A stretch of DNA of 64,000 nucleotides from Callorhinchus milii (Eukaryota): assembly GCF_018977255.1 (NCBI RefSeq), contig NW_024704742.1, positions 66,838,001 through 66,902,000 of the forward strand, given 5' to 3'. Position numbers and translations under genes: made by a program. Below are positions 52,124 through 64,000 of the stretch, piece by piece (the stretch's first letter is position 1; every line of letters begins with the position of its first letter). The notes beneath the pieces were generated by a model. That model did not search any database, was not told the origin of the DNA, and saw only the letters and a list, made by a program, of their open reading frames with translations.

Positions 52124-53603
52124 AACAACAACAACAACAAGATTCCATTTATAGAGCGCCTTTCACGGCGGGAGGACGTCCCAAGGCGCTGTACAGTTGG
52201 GTCAGGACCCGAGCATTGGGGGGAAATGGTCAGGGTGAGGGGAGGGAAGGGAGGGAGCGAGGAGGGGGAGAGAGTCGAGAGGGGAGCTGAAGGCTCGGTC
52301 AAAGAGAAAGGTTTTGAGACCGGCCTTGAAGGAGGAAAGGGAGGAAGCGGCGAAGGCACTGGGGGATGGAGTTCCAGAGCCTCGGGGCTGAGAGGCTGAA
52401 GGCCCGACCACCAATGGTAGGGCGGTTGGGGCGGGGGATGTGGAGCAGACCGGAGCCAGAGGAACGGAGGGTACGGGCAGGTATGTAGGGGGATAGTAGG
52501 TCAGAGAGGTAGGAGGGAGTGAGGCCGTGAATGGCCTTGTAGGTGAGGATGAGGATCTTGAATTCGATCCTCTGGGGGATGGGGAGCCAGTGGAGGCGAG
52601 CGAGGGTGGGAGTGATGTGGTCCCGAAGCCTGGTGCGGGACAGTACACGAGCTGCAGAGTTCTGAATGACCTGCAGTGTGGAGGGAGGTGGCGGGAAGGC
52701 CGGCGAGGAGAGAGTTCCCATAGTCCAGCCTTGAGGTGACAAAGGCGTGGACCAGGGTTTCAGCCGCGTGAGGGGTGAGGTAATGCCGTAGTCTGGCGAT
52801 ATTCCGGAGGTGATGGAAGGCGGTGCCAGTTGTGGTGCGGATGTGAGGGAGAAAGGACAGCTCAGGGTCGAACAGAACCCCGAGGTTCCTGACTGGCTTT
52901 GAGAGGTGGAGAGTGCAGCCTTGGATGCTGATGCTGTCAGCGCCTGAGGTGCGGAGGCGCTGACGTGAGCCAATCAGGAGGGCCTCAGTTTTTCGCACGT
53001 TGAGCTGAAGAAAGTTGTCTCTCGTCCAGGACTCGATGTTGGACAGGCAGCTGTCAGGACATCGGTGGTCGTGGAGTTGAGGGTAGAGGAGGAAAGGTAG
53101 AGTTGGGTGTCATCCGCATACATGTGGAAGTTAACTCCATGTCTGCGGATGATGTTACCTCAGGGGGAGCATATAGAGGGTGAAGAGGAGGGGACCGAGG
53201 ACAGAGCCCTGAGGGACACCGCACGAGACAGTACGGGGGCCGGAGGAAAAAACGTTTGTGGAGACAAAGTGAAGACGGTGGGAGAGGTACGACCTAAACC
53301 ACTCAGGGACAGTGCCTTGAAGGTTTAGGTGGGAGGACAAGCGGTGGAGGAGGATAGTGTGGTCGACCGTATCGAATGCTGCCGATAGGTCGAGGAGGAC
53401 GAGGAGACAGAGGGAGCCCTGGTCACAGATGGTCAGGATATCATTGGTGACCTTGACCAGGGCAGTTTCTGTGCTATGGGCAGCACGGAAACCCGACTGA
53501 AGGGGTTCGAATAGTGCATGGTTGGAGAGGAAAGAGCGCAGCTGAGAGGCGACAACTCGTTCCAGGACCTTGGACAGGAAGAGGAGGTTGGAGATGGGCC
53601 TCC
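52124..53603 (-). mobile_element. 5'-truncated L2-clade LINE: reverse transcriptase to 3' end, frameshifted
   Basis: ORF fragments [44 protein letters not shown] and [13 protein letters not shown], plus HMYADDTQLY on manual reading; (TTG)n tail; possible 6-bp TSD aagtac at 52118-52123 and 53604-53609. Confidence 0.95.
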
Positions 53604-56600
53604 AAGTACTCAAGTAGTGGTATAATGGATCTCTCCAGAAAAAACATTAAATATAAATATTTTCTTATCCATGAAATAGATTCTCTCAGTGGGTCAGATT
53701 ATAAGATGATTCACAGACTTGTATTATTTTATATTCTGTAGTTTTTAAAGTGGCTCACAACATGCCATTCCGTTTCTTCTCCCTTGTGTTTAATAACAGT
53801 TTACGTAAGTGGTAGGTACATTGAGGAATTGTAGATATTTCAAATCATCATATTTCCTCTTCCAATGAACCATTTGTCAATTTGGGATCTGTACGCTAAT
53901 ATAATCAGAATCTGTCAAAGTAACTGTCATACAGTGGAATGAATTGTAGTGGAAGTGTGATATATAATGTTGAAAAGAAAAATCACTATCAGATTGATTT
54001 CTGTAGAGTGATTTTTTTCTAAAATGCTCTTGTTATTCCTCCATTAATATAGAACTTCAGAAATGTGACTCAGAAAACGTCCCTAATCTAATTACAGTAT
54101 GCTCTTTGTAATTGCTTTGTACTAAAGCATAGATCATCTTTCTGAAGGCGCTCATGTGCTTAATGCTGTTCCGCTGTGGATCAATGATGAAAATTTTCAT
54201 ATAGGCATTGCAGGAATTTAACTGCGCAAAATTAAGTTTTATTCCCTAAACTGGAAGAATATGGTCAATTGAAATTAAAGCTATATTTCATAGTAATTGA
54301 TTTGAGTTCAAATGTAAATGTTTAATCTTTCTAAAAATGGTAAGAAAAGTATTAGTTTGGTATGGAAGTTTCTAAACGATGGTCACAATGTGATTTTTAT
54401 GCTAATTTAAACATTCTGAGATCTGAATCAATTATCTGTTTACAGCAGCGTGAATAGTAGATTTCCCTGAAGATATTTCTGCACCATAGAGTAGAAGGTT
54501 CCGCAGTGGCATATTTGCACAGTGCTGAATGCGTCACAAGGGACGATCGGTCAGTGCAAATCAGCTTCCTCACAATATTAAAAAAAACTGGCATTTAAAA
54601 TTGTAGGTTGTATAACCACTACTTTAAAAAATCTATTTGACACTGTTGAAATGTGATTGCGTTTTGGATTCAGTGATGGCTAAGGTCGTCTATACAGATA
54701 CATGGCATTCCTCGTGAACTACAGGCCCGTAAATCAGTTAAGTGCTTACCCGAGGCAAATGGAATCCCATGTTAGACTTCTGAACATTATTTTGTTGCTC
54801 AAGTGGGTCAGATAATGCTTAAGGTCTCAATACAGCTCCAATATACTGGACTCATATGCTACTAAAGGAAATTATTTACTTATTTTAATATCGCCCACAA
54901 AATGTAGTCAGTTCACTTTACAACATATTCTGTGAAGCGCTTTGACACTTCTCGAAGACGTGATAAGGCACATTATCAAATGCAAGGATTATTTATTTCA
55001 TTGTTAAAACATCATAGGCTTTTGAATATTTAATTTTGTTCATGTATAGCAAGTGAATGAAATAAAACATGGAAGGTTAAAAATGTTCACTTTTTTTTAC
55101 TATAATCATGAAAATGACATGCACTGGTAGAATTTCCACTTGGTCTAGATTTACTCTATTAATGTAGCATGTTAAAGCTTCGAGAATTTGGCAAATTCTT
55201 AAATGTAGCTTTAAGTTTGAAGCTGATTTTCTATAAGTTCTTTTAAGATCTACAGAAAACAGATTTGAAAGTTAAGACTGAATTCTGAAATGTGCCAAAC
55301 TCTGGATGGTCTAAAATATAATACAGTATAAATTTGTATAGCGCTTTTTACTTTGGGGGGGGGATGTCTGGCACATAAAATGCAACATAAACAGAGGTGT
55401 GATCTATGAGCATAAATGCTATATTCAAAATCTCTCCCACAAATCTTTCAATTCTTACATGTGCTCTGTGAATAAAAGTAATATTAGGATGTTCTCCCGA
55501 CTTGAAAGGTGCTATAGAAATGTAAATTTAGATTGGAATATGAAGTCGTAGGGCTCTGACTACAATTTCATACTTCATCTTCTTTTTGCAATTCTAGAGT
55601 CTGAATTTTTGAACTTTCACGAATGAAAATGCTAAATCTTTTTCCCCGTTTGTTTCCTCCCACTGACCAAACAAATTCTTGCTGTGACTTTTCTCCCTCC
55701 CGTGATGTGCTTTTTCTATACTATAAACCTCACCCGAGTACCACAAGATGATGCCAGCTCAACCAGTATGCGTGAAGAGGGCTGATAAGAGTCCTGCTGA
55801 ACCACTTGCAAACTGGCAGACTGGTGTCAGAGCATTTCCAAATGCTCAGTGATGTGCATCAAGTGTGTTAAAATTTGTGACTGGGACTCGGGGTTAAGTT
55901 TTCTCACCTGCAGTTGTAGAAATAGTTTGCCACGACCAGCAATATAAATACAGCTGGTTCAGGATTATTTTTTAATGTGGTTCAATGAAAACTAGATATT
56001 GCAGTTGAATTATTCTGGAACTTAACTACAATTATTATGAGCAGTTACTTACAATGCTGCTTCAGAAATGTAATTGTGTCAAGCAAATGTTATTTAAGGT
56101 ACAGTACAATTGTACATTACACCATAAATTAATCAACTGTATTGGTGTTGTTGGTAGTGTCTTCGATTCAGTGATCACAGACAGTGATATTATATCAAGT
56201 GTTGAATATTTTCAACTGAAGTGTTTTCTGGACAGTAGTATATTGTACCAATGGAAGTGAAGAGCAACTGAGCAAAGACCAATGTTTTTGGCCCTTTTGT
56301 TTGTCCTCTAAACTGACCTCTGATAAATTGTAACGTTCTTAGCATTATTTAGCTGTGCCAGCGCCCTCTCGTGGAAATAATAAAGTACAACAATACACAA
56401 AAAATGCCAAATTGTAATAACTGGTTTGCACCCATGTAACCTCATTATCCAAAGCTTGCTTATAAATTGAGAGACTGAATTAACGCCATGGGGTTTGTGA
56501 TGAAATGTAATCCAGTCCAGCACTCTGTTAGGATCTTATAACGAAAAATTGTTTGGGGAATAGGAGAGAAGTAGAAATTTCTCTTGGTGTTGCTAGGATA

Positions 56601-58195
56601 CACTCAAAATGTAAATCTGCTTCACGGATTAGCTTTGAAAAGGCTGAAGAGGCTTTTTCTGGTTGGTCTGAAGTTCTGAAATTAAACTTTGCATTTACTG
56701 ATATCCAAATTTGAATCATAAAAGAAAATGTTTTATCTTTTTGTTTTTTTTATTAATGGCTTCATTCACAGCCTGTAAGACCCGAAAATTGTGCAATTTG
56801 CGGTTCATGAATAGACCTTTGATTCTTCGAACAATAGAGAACATTTTCACATTCCCATTTTTTTGGATGGTCAAGTGCAACTTGACTGCTTCTCCAGATC
56901 AGTTGTAATTAAGGCTCCTACATTTGAAATTGCCAGTCTTTTTTCAGATTTCCACTTGCAATATTTTCTGATTTTATTGCTTGAATTTTACATAAATCCT
57001 TAATTTCAAAGCAAGTTTCCAGTGGCATTTATAACCAATCTCGCTTAGAATTCTAGTTTTGACTCATAAATACTGAACTTTGTAAAATGTTATAGGTATC
57101 TGTCAGATATTCCCATAAATAAGCAAAGGTAGTTTAGGAATTGAAGATTCACGCAGATTATATGACCAGCGGATCAGTGTCATTTATTGTACAGTATGAA
57201 TAATCTTTTACTCTCTAGTATACAATTTTCAACAATCGAATTTTTTTTCAGTAGTTCTCTGCTAATGTTTGGAGCAAATATTACAATAAGTGGATTAAAC
57301 AATTAACATTTATACTTTTTTAAAGTTAGCATTTCTTAGAGAGTTTCCATTTAATCTGAATTTGGTGTGATTTTTAAAAAAATGGTACATGACATAATTG
57401 ATCATTCACTTCTTAGCTTAGCTGTTTGTGGAAAGCTGTGCACAAATTGGCTCCCATGTTTGCCCACACAACCCACAGTCACTGCAATTCCAACATAGGC
57501 TTGATGGGCCCATGGCTTGATTCTATGAGTTCTTAGAAATCTGAGCTTGTATAAAAGGAGCAAAAGAATGGGTTTGGGGTGTGATTAAGCAGGAATTCTT
57601 GACCAGCCAAAGGAATGCAGAGATGTTGACCAAAGTAATCAATTATGCATGTTGTAGATTTTTTATCACACAGTTCTAATATCTTAGTTAAACATCCTGT
57701 TGTATCACCTTCACTTGCTTCATGTTTTACCTTTGGCCTGGACTGAAATATTAATTAGAGCATAAATCTCAACACCTACATTGTGAATTCATTGATAGCA
57801 GTTTTTTTTTCCTGACAATATAATGGTTCACAGAGCTTTTAGACTTATTCTAAGTAATGACATTTAGATTGTAATGTACTGGTCGGTTGTAAATAAAGTA
57901 AATAGCATTACATTTCACAATCAAACATTTCATCTAAATTAAATGTGAAGTTATTATGTCTGATATGGATTAATTTCACATTTGAAATTTTAAGGTGCTT
58001 TTGCCAGTGACCACACATTCACAACTAGTAATTTTGAGCAGTGGATAATGCTTTACATTTTGGTGAAAGGGGAGAGATCAAAAGGGACTGAGCTCATTTT
58101 AAAATTGTTCATAACTCAAGCTGGGATAAAAAATGTTGTATACCTTACAACTGGGCCAAACTGTTTATTATGTTCTGTTTTTTCCCCCCATCTAG

Positions 58196-58318
58196 GATCT
58201 TGTGAACATTGACATGTTTCTTACAGCAAAGGAGGTTGAGGAGTCGCTGGAAAGGCAAGAGACTGCCACTTGTCTGGCCTGGTGCCATGACAACAAGTCA
58301 AGGCTGAGAAAAATGAAG
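58196..58318 (+). CDS. MAEA: MAEA coding exon 4 ([45 protein letters not shown] region)
   Basis: Polypyrimidine tract plus tctag| acceptor and AAG|gtatgt donor; 123 nt, phase 0/0; manual translation. Confidence 0.97.
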
Positions 58319-60445
58319 GTATGTTGGGTTTATCAACCAAGATGGTTTTGAGTAGCCCACAATAAACCACATCTTGTAAGTTTTTGGATGATTTACATGG
58401 TAGATTAGATGTAACTGATTACCTCAAAGCAATATTTTATTAGAAAAGTATTACAACCCTTCAGCTTTATAACAAGATCAAAAAGTAACTTTTGTTCGAA
58501 TATGAAGCAGTCCAGGAAGCTACCCTGCGTGAAGGGCCCTATATAAATGCATGTTGTTGTAGAAAACAGTTCAGTGCCTCTTTGATCCGGGGAAGGGGTA
58601 GAGGTAGAGCTCCCATTTCAGGAGTTGCCTTGGTGCTGAGTTCCTGATACAGCATAGGTCTTCATTACAGAATGCAATACATATATTGTTTGTTAGGTGG
58701 GAGTCCAACCACAGGGAGGTACAGACAGACTAGGATTCTATTAATGGGCTAGTGAACATTTTTGTTGGCTATGTTTTTGTAGGTTTTCAGTTAACACACT
58801 GCATAGGTTACAGTAAAGTGAATTTTGGCAAATGCATGACACTGCCGCTTCTCTGGGATAAGGGAGGAACCACATTCAGTGTTTTTTGTTTCCGACTCAT
58901 CTTTACCTTCCCACTCACTTCAGTTCCGATCCCTAGCTCGGATGTGAAAGACACAATATATATGCAAATTTGAATCGTATTGTACTCAAAATTAACTAAT
59001 TCCTCAGTACCATCAGTGAGCAAATTGCACTCAAATATGGTTGGACCCTATTATAAGACACCAGCTTGGATCCATAAACGCACACCATTTTTTGTCGGTC
59101 CCCATTATAACTGGTCTTGTTATACAAATGGCCATTGATCAGCACTCCTGGGTCATCAGATCATTATTGGCATTATTTCCTGTGCATGAATAATAATTCT
59201 TGTATTTGATTTATCGCCTTATCATGTCAGGAGAACGACTGAAATTACTTCACAGGAATTACTGTTAAGTGGAGTGACTGGAATTTGTAGGCAAACACAA
59301 CAGCACAATTGCGCGCAGCAATGTCTCACAAACAGCGATGAAATGAAAGCCAATTTTTTGGGGGGGATTGTTGGCCATTGTTGGGAGAAACTCCTCTCTT
59401 CGAATTGTGCCAGGAGAACTTAAAACATCCACCTGAACAGGCAGACGGGGTCTCGGTTTTATGTCTTGTCCAAAGGACAGCATCTCCGACAATGATACAC
59501 CCCCCACCACTGCATTGGGAGTGTCAGCATAGTCTACGTTCAAGTCTCGACGTGGAATTTGAACCCACAACCTTCTGACTCTGAGGCGAGAGTTCTACCA
59601 CTGAACCAAATGGGAACACAAACTGAGAGCTCAAGTGCATGTTGCTTTTAAAGGCAAGATATTTTTGTTAATGTAACCTCCCTATTGCAAATATATTTCT
59701 TTAGCTAAAATTCTATGTCTTATTTGGTCCAATTTAAATAAATAGATTTGAAAATATTTTTACAGTAATGCATGAGCGAATTGCTGATGTTTTTAAGTGA
59801 AATCCTATACGTAACCGTACAGTTTTGAAACTGCTTTCATATTCCTTTGTTTTGCCAACAAAATAATCAATTCACTTTACAATATATACTGTCAAGTGCT
59901 TTGAGACGTTCCAATGTCGTGATTAGACGTTATATCAAATGAAAGGATTATTATTATTCTAGTTGCTCAAACTGTGACTGTCCTTTGTTGAAATAATAAT
60001 AATCCTTGCATTTGATTTAGCGCCTTATCATGTCTTAGAGATGTCTCAAAGCGCTTCACAGAATATACTGTGAAGTGAATTAACTGTATATTTTGTGGGT
60101 GGGACACAACAACCAATAGCACACAGCAGTGTCCCACAAACAGTTGTGGATTGAATGACCATATTTTTTTTAAGGGATTATTTCAAGAATAATTACATTT
60201 GTTAAAATCGTTAAAATAGCCAATGAATGAACTAGTATAGTCTCACTTACAGCTAATGCTGAATAGTACAAGTTGGCAGTTTCTGAATCTGAAGATTTTA
60301 CAATTTAATCCCAAATATTTTGCATTTCATCATATGATGAATGTTTGTTACATGTGTCAGCTTCTGTCAGCACTCGCCTCAGTGCAGTTTGATGTAACAG
60401 ATTACAGCATGACCTGTTATTGAACCATTTCTTTTGCTTTTGCAG

Positions 60446-60522
60446 AGCTGTCTGGAGTTCAGCCTGAGGATTCAGGAGTTTATTGAACTTATCCGACAGA
60501 ACAAGAGGCTGGAAGCTGTCAG
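60446..60522 (+). CDS. MAEA: MAEA coding exon 5 ([26 protein letters not shown]); gene continues past the window end
   Basis: ttttgcag| acceptor and AG|gtacag donor; 77 nt, phase 0/2; manual translation. Confidence 0.97.
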
Positions 60523-61699
60523 GTACAGGACATAAGACTTCTCCCCCCAGCTTGGAAATTTAGAAATAGTTGGTTGAAGTTGATTTATTTGTTTCCTCCC
60601 TCTCATAATCTATTATATCCTCGCTCATTCCAGTTAACCCACAATACACAAGTACTGTAATATTATCTGGTAGGTCAACAGTGTTCAACATGAGCAGTGC
60701 TCTGGTGCTCTTGTATTATCTGTGTTCAAACTTAACACTGCTCTGGTGCTGAATGTAACTGGCATAGCATCAGTGACTTATTATAGCTAGACATGTTATA
60801 GTCCAGTGGAGCAGTTAAACAAGGGAGAGAAGCCTACAATTTGGCAGCACTGTCATGTGAAATGTACATGTTCAGGATTTTGTGCTTGTATTTCTGTAAA
60901 AGAGACATCAATCGATGGATTTTTGGATGGTTGTTAATCAGTTTATGAATCCACTATAATCCCATCAAATAGAGTCCCACTTCCCTGCCCTTTCTGTGTA
61001 CCCTTTTATATTTTTATTTTCAAATATTTATCCAATTCTTGTCAAAGCTATTATGGACAAAAATGTGCTTCTCATTGCTGTGGAAATTGAAGGAAGCAGG
61101 AATTAGATTTTCTGCTTGTTGTTGAATTCAATACATTTCTCTGAATAAATTATCCATTTCCTAGTAGATAATGGATTTTATTATATTGTTCCTTTTGAAA
61201 TATAAAGTAGTGCTTGGGTTAGACAGCACTATATGTAGTTTACTGGGTTAGCCAATCACTTAATGAACTGTAACCCAATTACTGCATCACTCCTATAATC
61301 TAATTTGCTATGTAAAGCCTGGATTCTCTAGTAAAAATTTAAATTATTCCTGTATACTTTTCTATAGTTCAATAAATCCTAATTACAGCTCAAAGGATAT
61401 CTCTCTGATTAAATTCAAAACAATACTACAACAGTTTTCCTCCAGAGCGTACAGAATAGACAGGGAGATAGTGAGATTGGTAGTACTGAATTTGCATCTT
61501 TGAAGTGACTTGGAAGAACGTTGTGGACAAAATTATTCTGTCGTTTTGCCTCCAGTCATCTTGATAACTACATTCTCCTTGGAAAACATTTGTGTAAAGT
61601 GGCGGAGAGAAAGAATATTAAATGGAAGGTGCTCTTAAAGTATTTTCCTTTCTCTCTACAAGGTTTCTGTGGCAAGCTCCATGTTTCAACCTTGGAACA

Positions 61700-62060
61700 T
61701 GAGGAGTCAGGGTGACCCTTGATGGTGTAGAGGACAGATCGTGCTGGACAGTTGCTCATCAATCTCAATCCGAGGTCATGTTGAATTTGCTTGTCTCAGT
61801 GAGGGCTGCATTGGGAGGCTAAATTGGCCATGGCTTTCCCAGATTTGCAGAGAGGAAAACACCCAGGGTTCTTGCTCCTGGCTCCTCTACTGTTTGTGCA
61901 CATGTGTGGCAGCCAGCTGGGGAGCAGTTATGCTTGGCTACACTCACTGCTAGAGTTTACACAGGAACAGTGGCCACTTGGGTGAGGCTCCAGAGAGAAA
62001 CCTTACCTATAGACCACACCCAGGAAAAAGGAGGTCAGACCAGGAGCTAGAGGGAGAATG
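61700..62060 (+). mobile_element. Ancient SINE-like repeat (possibly AmnSINE2-type); related fragments at ~4120-4205 and ~28520-28685
   Basis: acactcactgctagagtttacacaggaacagtggccacttgggtgagg resembles acacttactggcttggctcacatgtgaagaatgtccactt at ~4124. Family name is from recall only. Confidence 0.45.
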
Positions 62061-62162
62061 GGGAGAAATTTTGACACTTGACCCTCTTTCCAGGCTCCTA
62101 AGATTACTTGAACCAGTTAGTACAGCCACTGTCTTTTAGAAGAGTGGAGAAATCGTTCTTTT

Positions 62163-62935
62163 ACAACAAAAACAACTTTATATAGCGCCCTCCACGCCAG
62201 ACGGCGTCTTGAGCGCTTCACAGTAACGGATCCCGGGCCGAGCCAGGGGGAGGGGTCGGAAGGTGACCAAAGGCGCGGTCGAAAAGAAAGGTCTTCAGCA
62301 GGGACCTGAAAATAGGAAGAGAGGGGGTGAGGTCAAGGGAGTGAGGAAGGGAATTCCAGAACCTCGGGACATAGTGGCTGAAGGCATGGCCGCCGAGGCT
62401 GGAGCGGAGGAGTCGGGGGATGAGGAGGAGGCCAGACCCGGAGGAACGAAGGCAACAGGTACTGTTTTGAGGAGAGAGGAGGTCGAAGAGGTAGGGGGGT
62501 GCAGAGGAGTGGAGAGATTTGAATACAAGGGTATTGAATCTTGATCTTGACGGATCTTGAAGTCGATCCTCTCGGGGATAGGCAGCCATTGCAGTCTGGC
62601 GAGGACTGGGGTGATCTGGGAGCGAAGTTTGGTGCGGGTGAGAATGCAGGCGGCAGAGTTTCGAATGATCTGGATTTTATGGATAGGAGACCGGCAAGGA
62701 GGGCGTTGGAATGGTCCAGCCGAGCGATGACGAAGGCATGGACTAGGGTTTCAGCGGCTTTTGGAGAGAGGTATTGGCCGAGACGGGCGATGCGTCGGAG
62801 GTGGAAGAAGGCGGTTCTGGTGAGGGACCGGATGTGGGTGAGGAAGGATAATTGGGGGTCGAACCTGATGCCTAGGTTGCGTACGGGTTCGGAGTTTTAT
62901 GGGGATGTCGGGTAGGTGGAGGAGGTGAGAGCCAT
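62163..62935 (-). mobile_element. L2-clade LINE 3' fragment (another subfamily)
   Basis: ORF 62218..62589 (LRSSGSGLLLIPR...GGHAFSHYVPRFWNSLP...FRSLLKTFLF) and tail. Confidence 0.9.
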
Positions 62936-63604
62936 GAGATTCTTTGTGTGGAACTGCCTTTCTTCCGATCAGAGCATCTTCTGACAAGTTTACCAAGACC
63001 GTATGGATTCACCATATAGTGAATTAGTGCAATTTATTACCTGCTGTCGGGTACATCTACTATTTCAACAACTGTTGATGATTTGGAATTTTTACTAATT
63101 TTCCAGTGAGTATCAAAACATTAGTTCTTTGCCTCCAATTATTTTTTTCATGAACCATGTGTTTTACTGGAAGGAAACTACCACAGCAGTGTTTCAGTGC
63201 AATGCAGGAGAATGAATTTGTGTGCCTGCAATTCACTGCAGGGCTGGTTCCCATCTTAGTCACATTGCAATGGAGAAGTAATGAGCATGTGGAATTTGCT
63301 TCACCACAGAATGGAAGAATTAGATGGCATGCCTCCCAGGCTGTAGTCTCTCTCTTGCACCTGTTCACAGACTGATTTAAGCAGAGGTCTGGGAATGAGT
63401 TGACGCCTACCTGTATTCTTGGCAAGGCACCAACAGAAAGATGAGGGTAAATGGGATGATTGGGCTGGCAGGCAGAAGTGTGTAAACATGTTTACTTTTT
63501 TGTTTGCTCCACTATAAATAATGCGTTGAATATTACATTATTGGAAACTTTAAATGTTGGCGAGCTCGGTAAGCTGCATTTCCTGATCTGCAAGATTGTC
63601 ATAT

Positions 63605-63930
63605 TTATAGTGGTCAGAGCACTCGCCTCACAAGCGAGAGACCTGGGTTTGATTCCCGGGAAGACAAAATGTTGGCCAAGTTTGCTTACTCCTCATGCGT
63701 CTGTTTACCTAGCAGTAAGTAGGAACACGGTTGTTAGTTGATTGATGGATTGTTTTTCTGGGGTTAATAATTCCTTCAAAAAATAATAATAAATTGTTTA
63801 CTTCAATCCATGACTATTTGTGGGACACTGCTGTGTGCGATTGGCTGCTGTGTTTAACCCACAAAATATACAGTCAATTCACTTTACAGTACATTCTGTG
63901 AAGCCCTTTGAGATGTCTCAAAGAAGTGAG
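63605..63930 (+). mobile_element. Older-subfamily SINE
   Basis: tagtggtcagagcactcgcctcacaagcgagagacctgggtttgattcc head and the family body. Confidence 0.82.
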
Positions 63931-64000
63931 CTTGTATCGACTCAACTGCCTGCAAGAGAAAAACAAGACTATTTTTGCATCTGTAAACTAAACAGGTTGC

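Noticed and set aside
60523..64000. MAEA exon 6 (HARKHFSQAEG...)
   Set aside because: Not found; presumably lies beyond the window.
1..64000. The many 60-150 aa ORFs in the six-frame track
   Set aside because: Apart from those overlapping MAEA, UVSSA, otopetrin-like and LINE sequence, they are chance or SINE-derived frames (recurrent QMQGLLLLL / KCKDYYY tails), many starting at non-ATG codons.

Overview
Vertebrate genomic DNA: AT-rich, with long introns and dense SINEs/LINEs. The repeat content suggests a cartilaginous fish, probably a chimaera such as Callorhinchus milii (inference). The + strand carries coding exons 1-5 of MAEA (CTLH/GID E3-ligase subunit), from ATG 23150 to 60522, and the gene continues beyond the window. 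As written, MAEA exon 1 lacks one C in a C-run, most likely a homopolymer sequencing error. The - strand carries three internal exons of UVSSA (15972-15844, 9954-9846, 3130-2953). Its 5' exons were not found, and a 30-N gap (18711-18740) lies where they would be expected. MAEA and UVSSA therefore appear head-to-head here, unlike the tandem arrangement in mammals. Between the gap and the CpG-rich MAEA promoter is a disabled otopetrin-1-like (proton channel) exon (21539-22206), broken by at least three frameshifts and a young SINE insertion. The rest is intronic: tRNA-headed SINEs with Deu-like bodies and L2 tails, L2 and CR1 LINE fragments, two TIR-bearing MITE copies, a diverged coding-looking duplicated segment (possible LTR/env relic), AT-rich palindromes and several candidate conserved non-coding elements. 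I found no evidence of a wholly new biological system. The otopetrin relic and the gene arrangement are the best leads.
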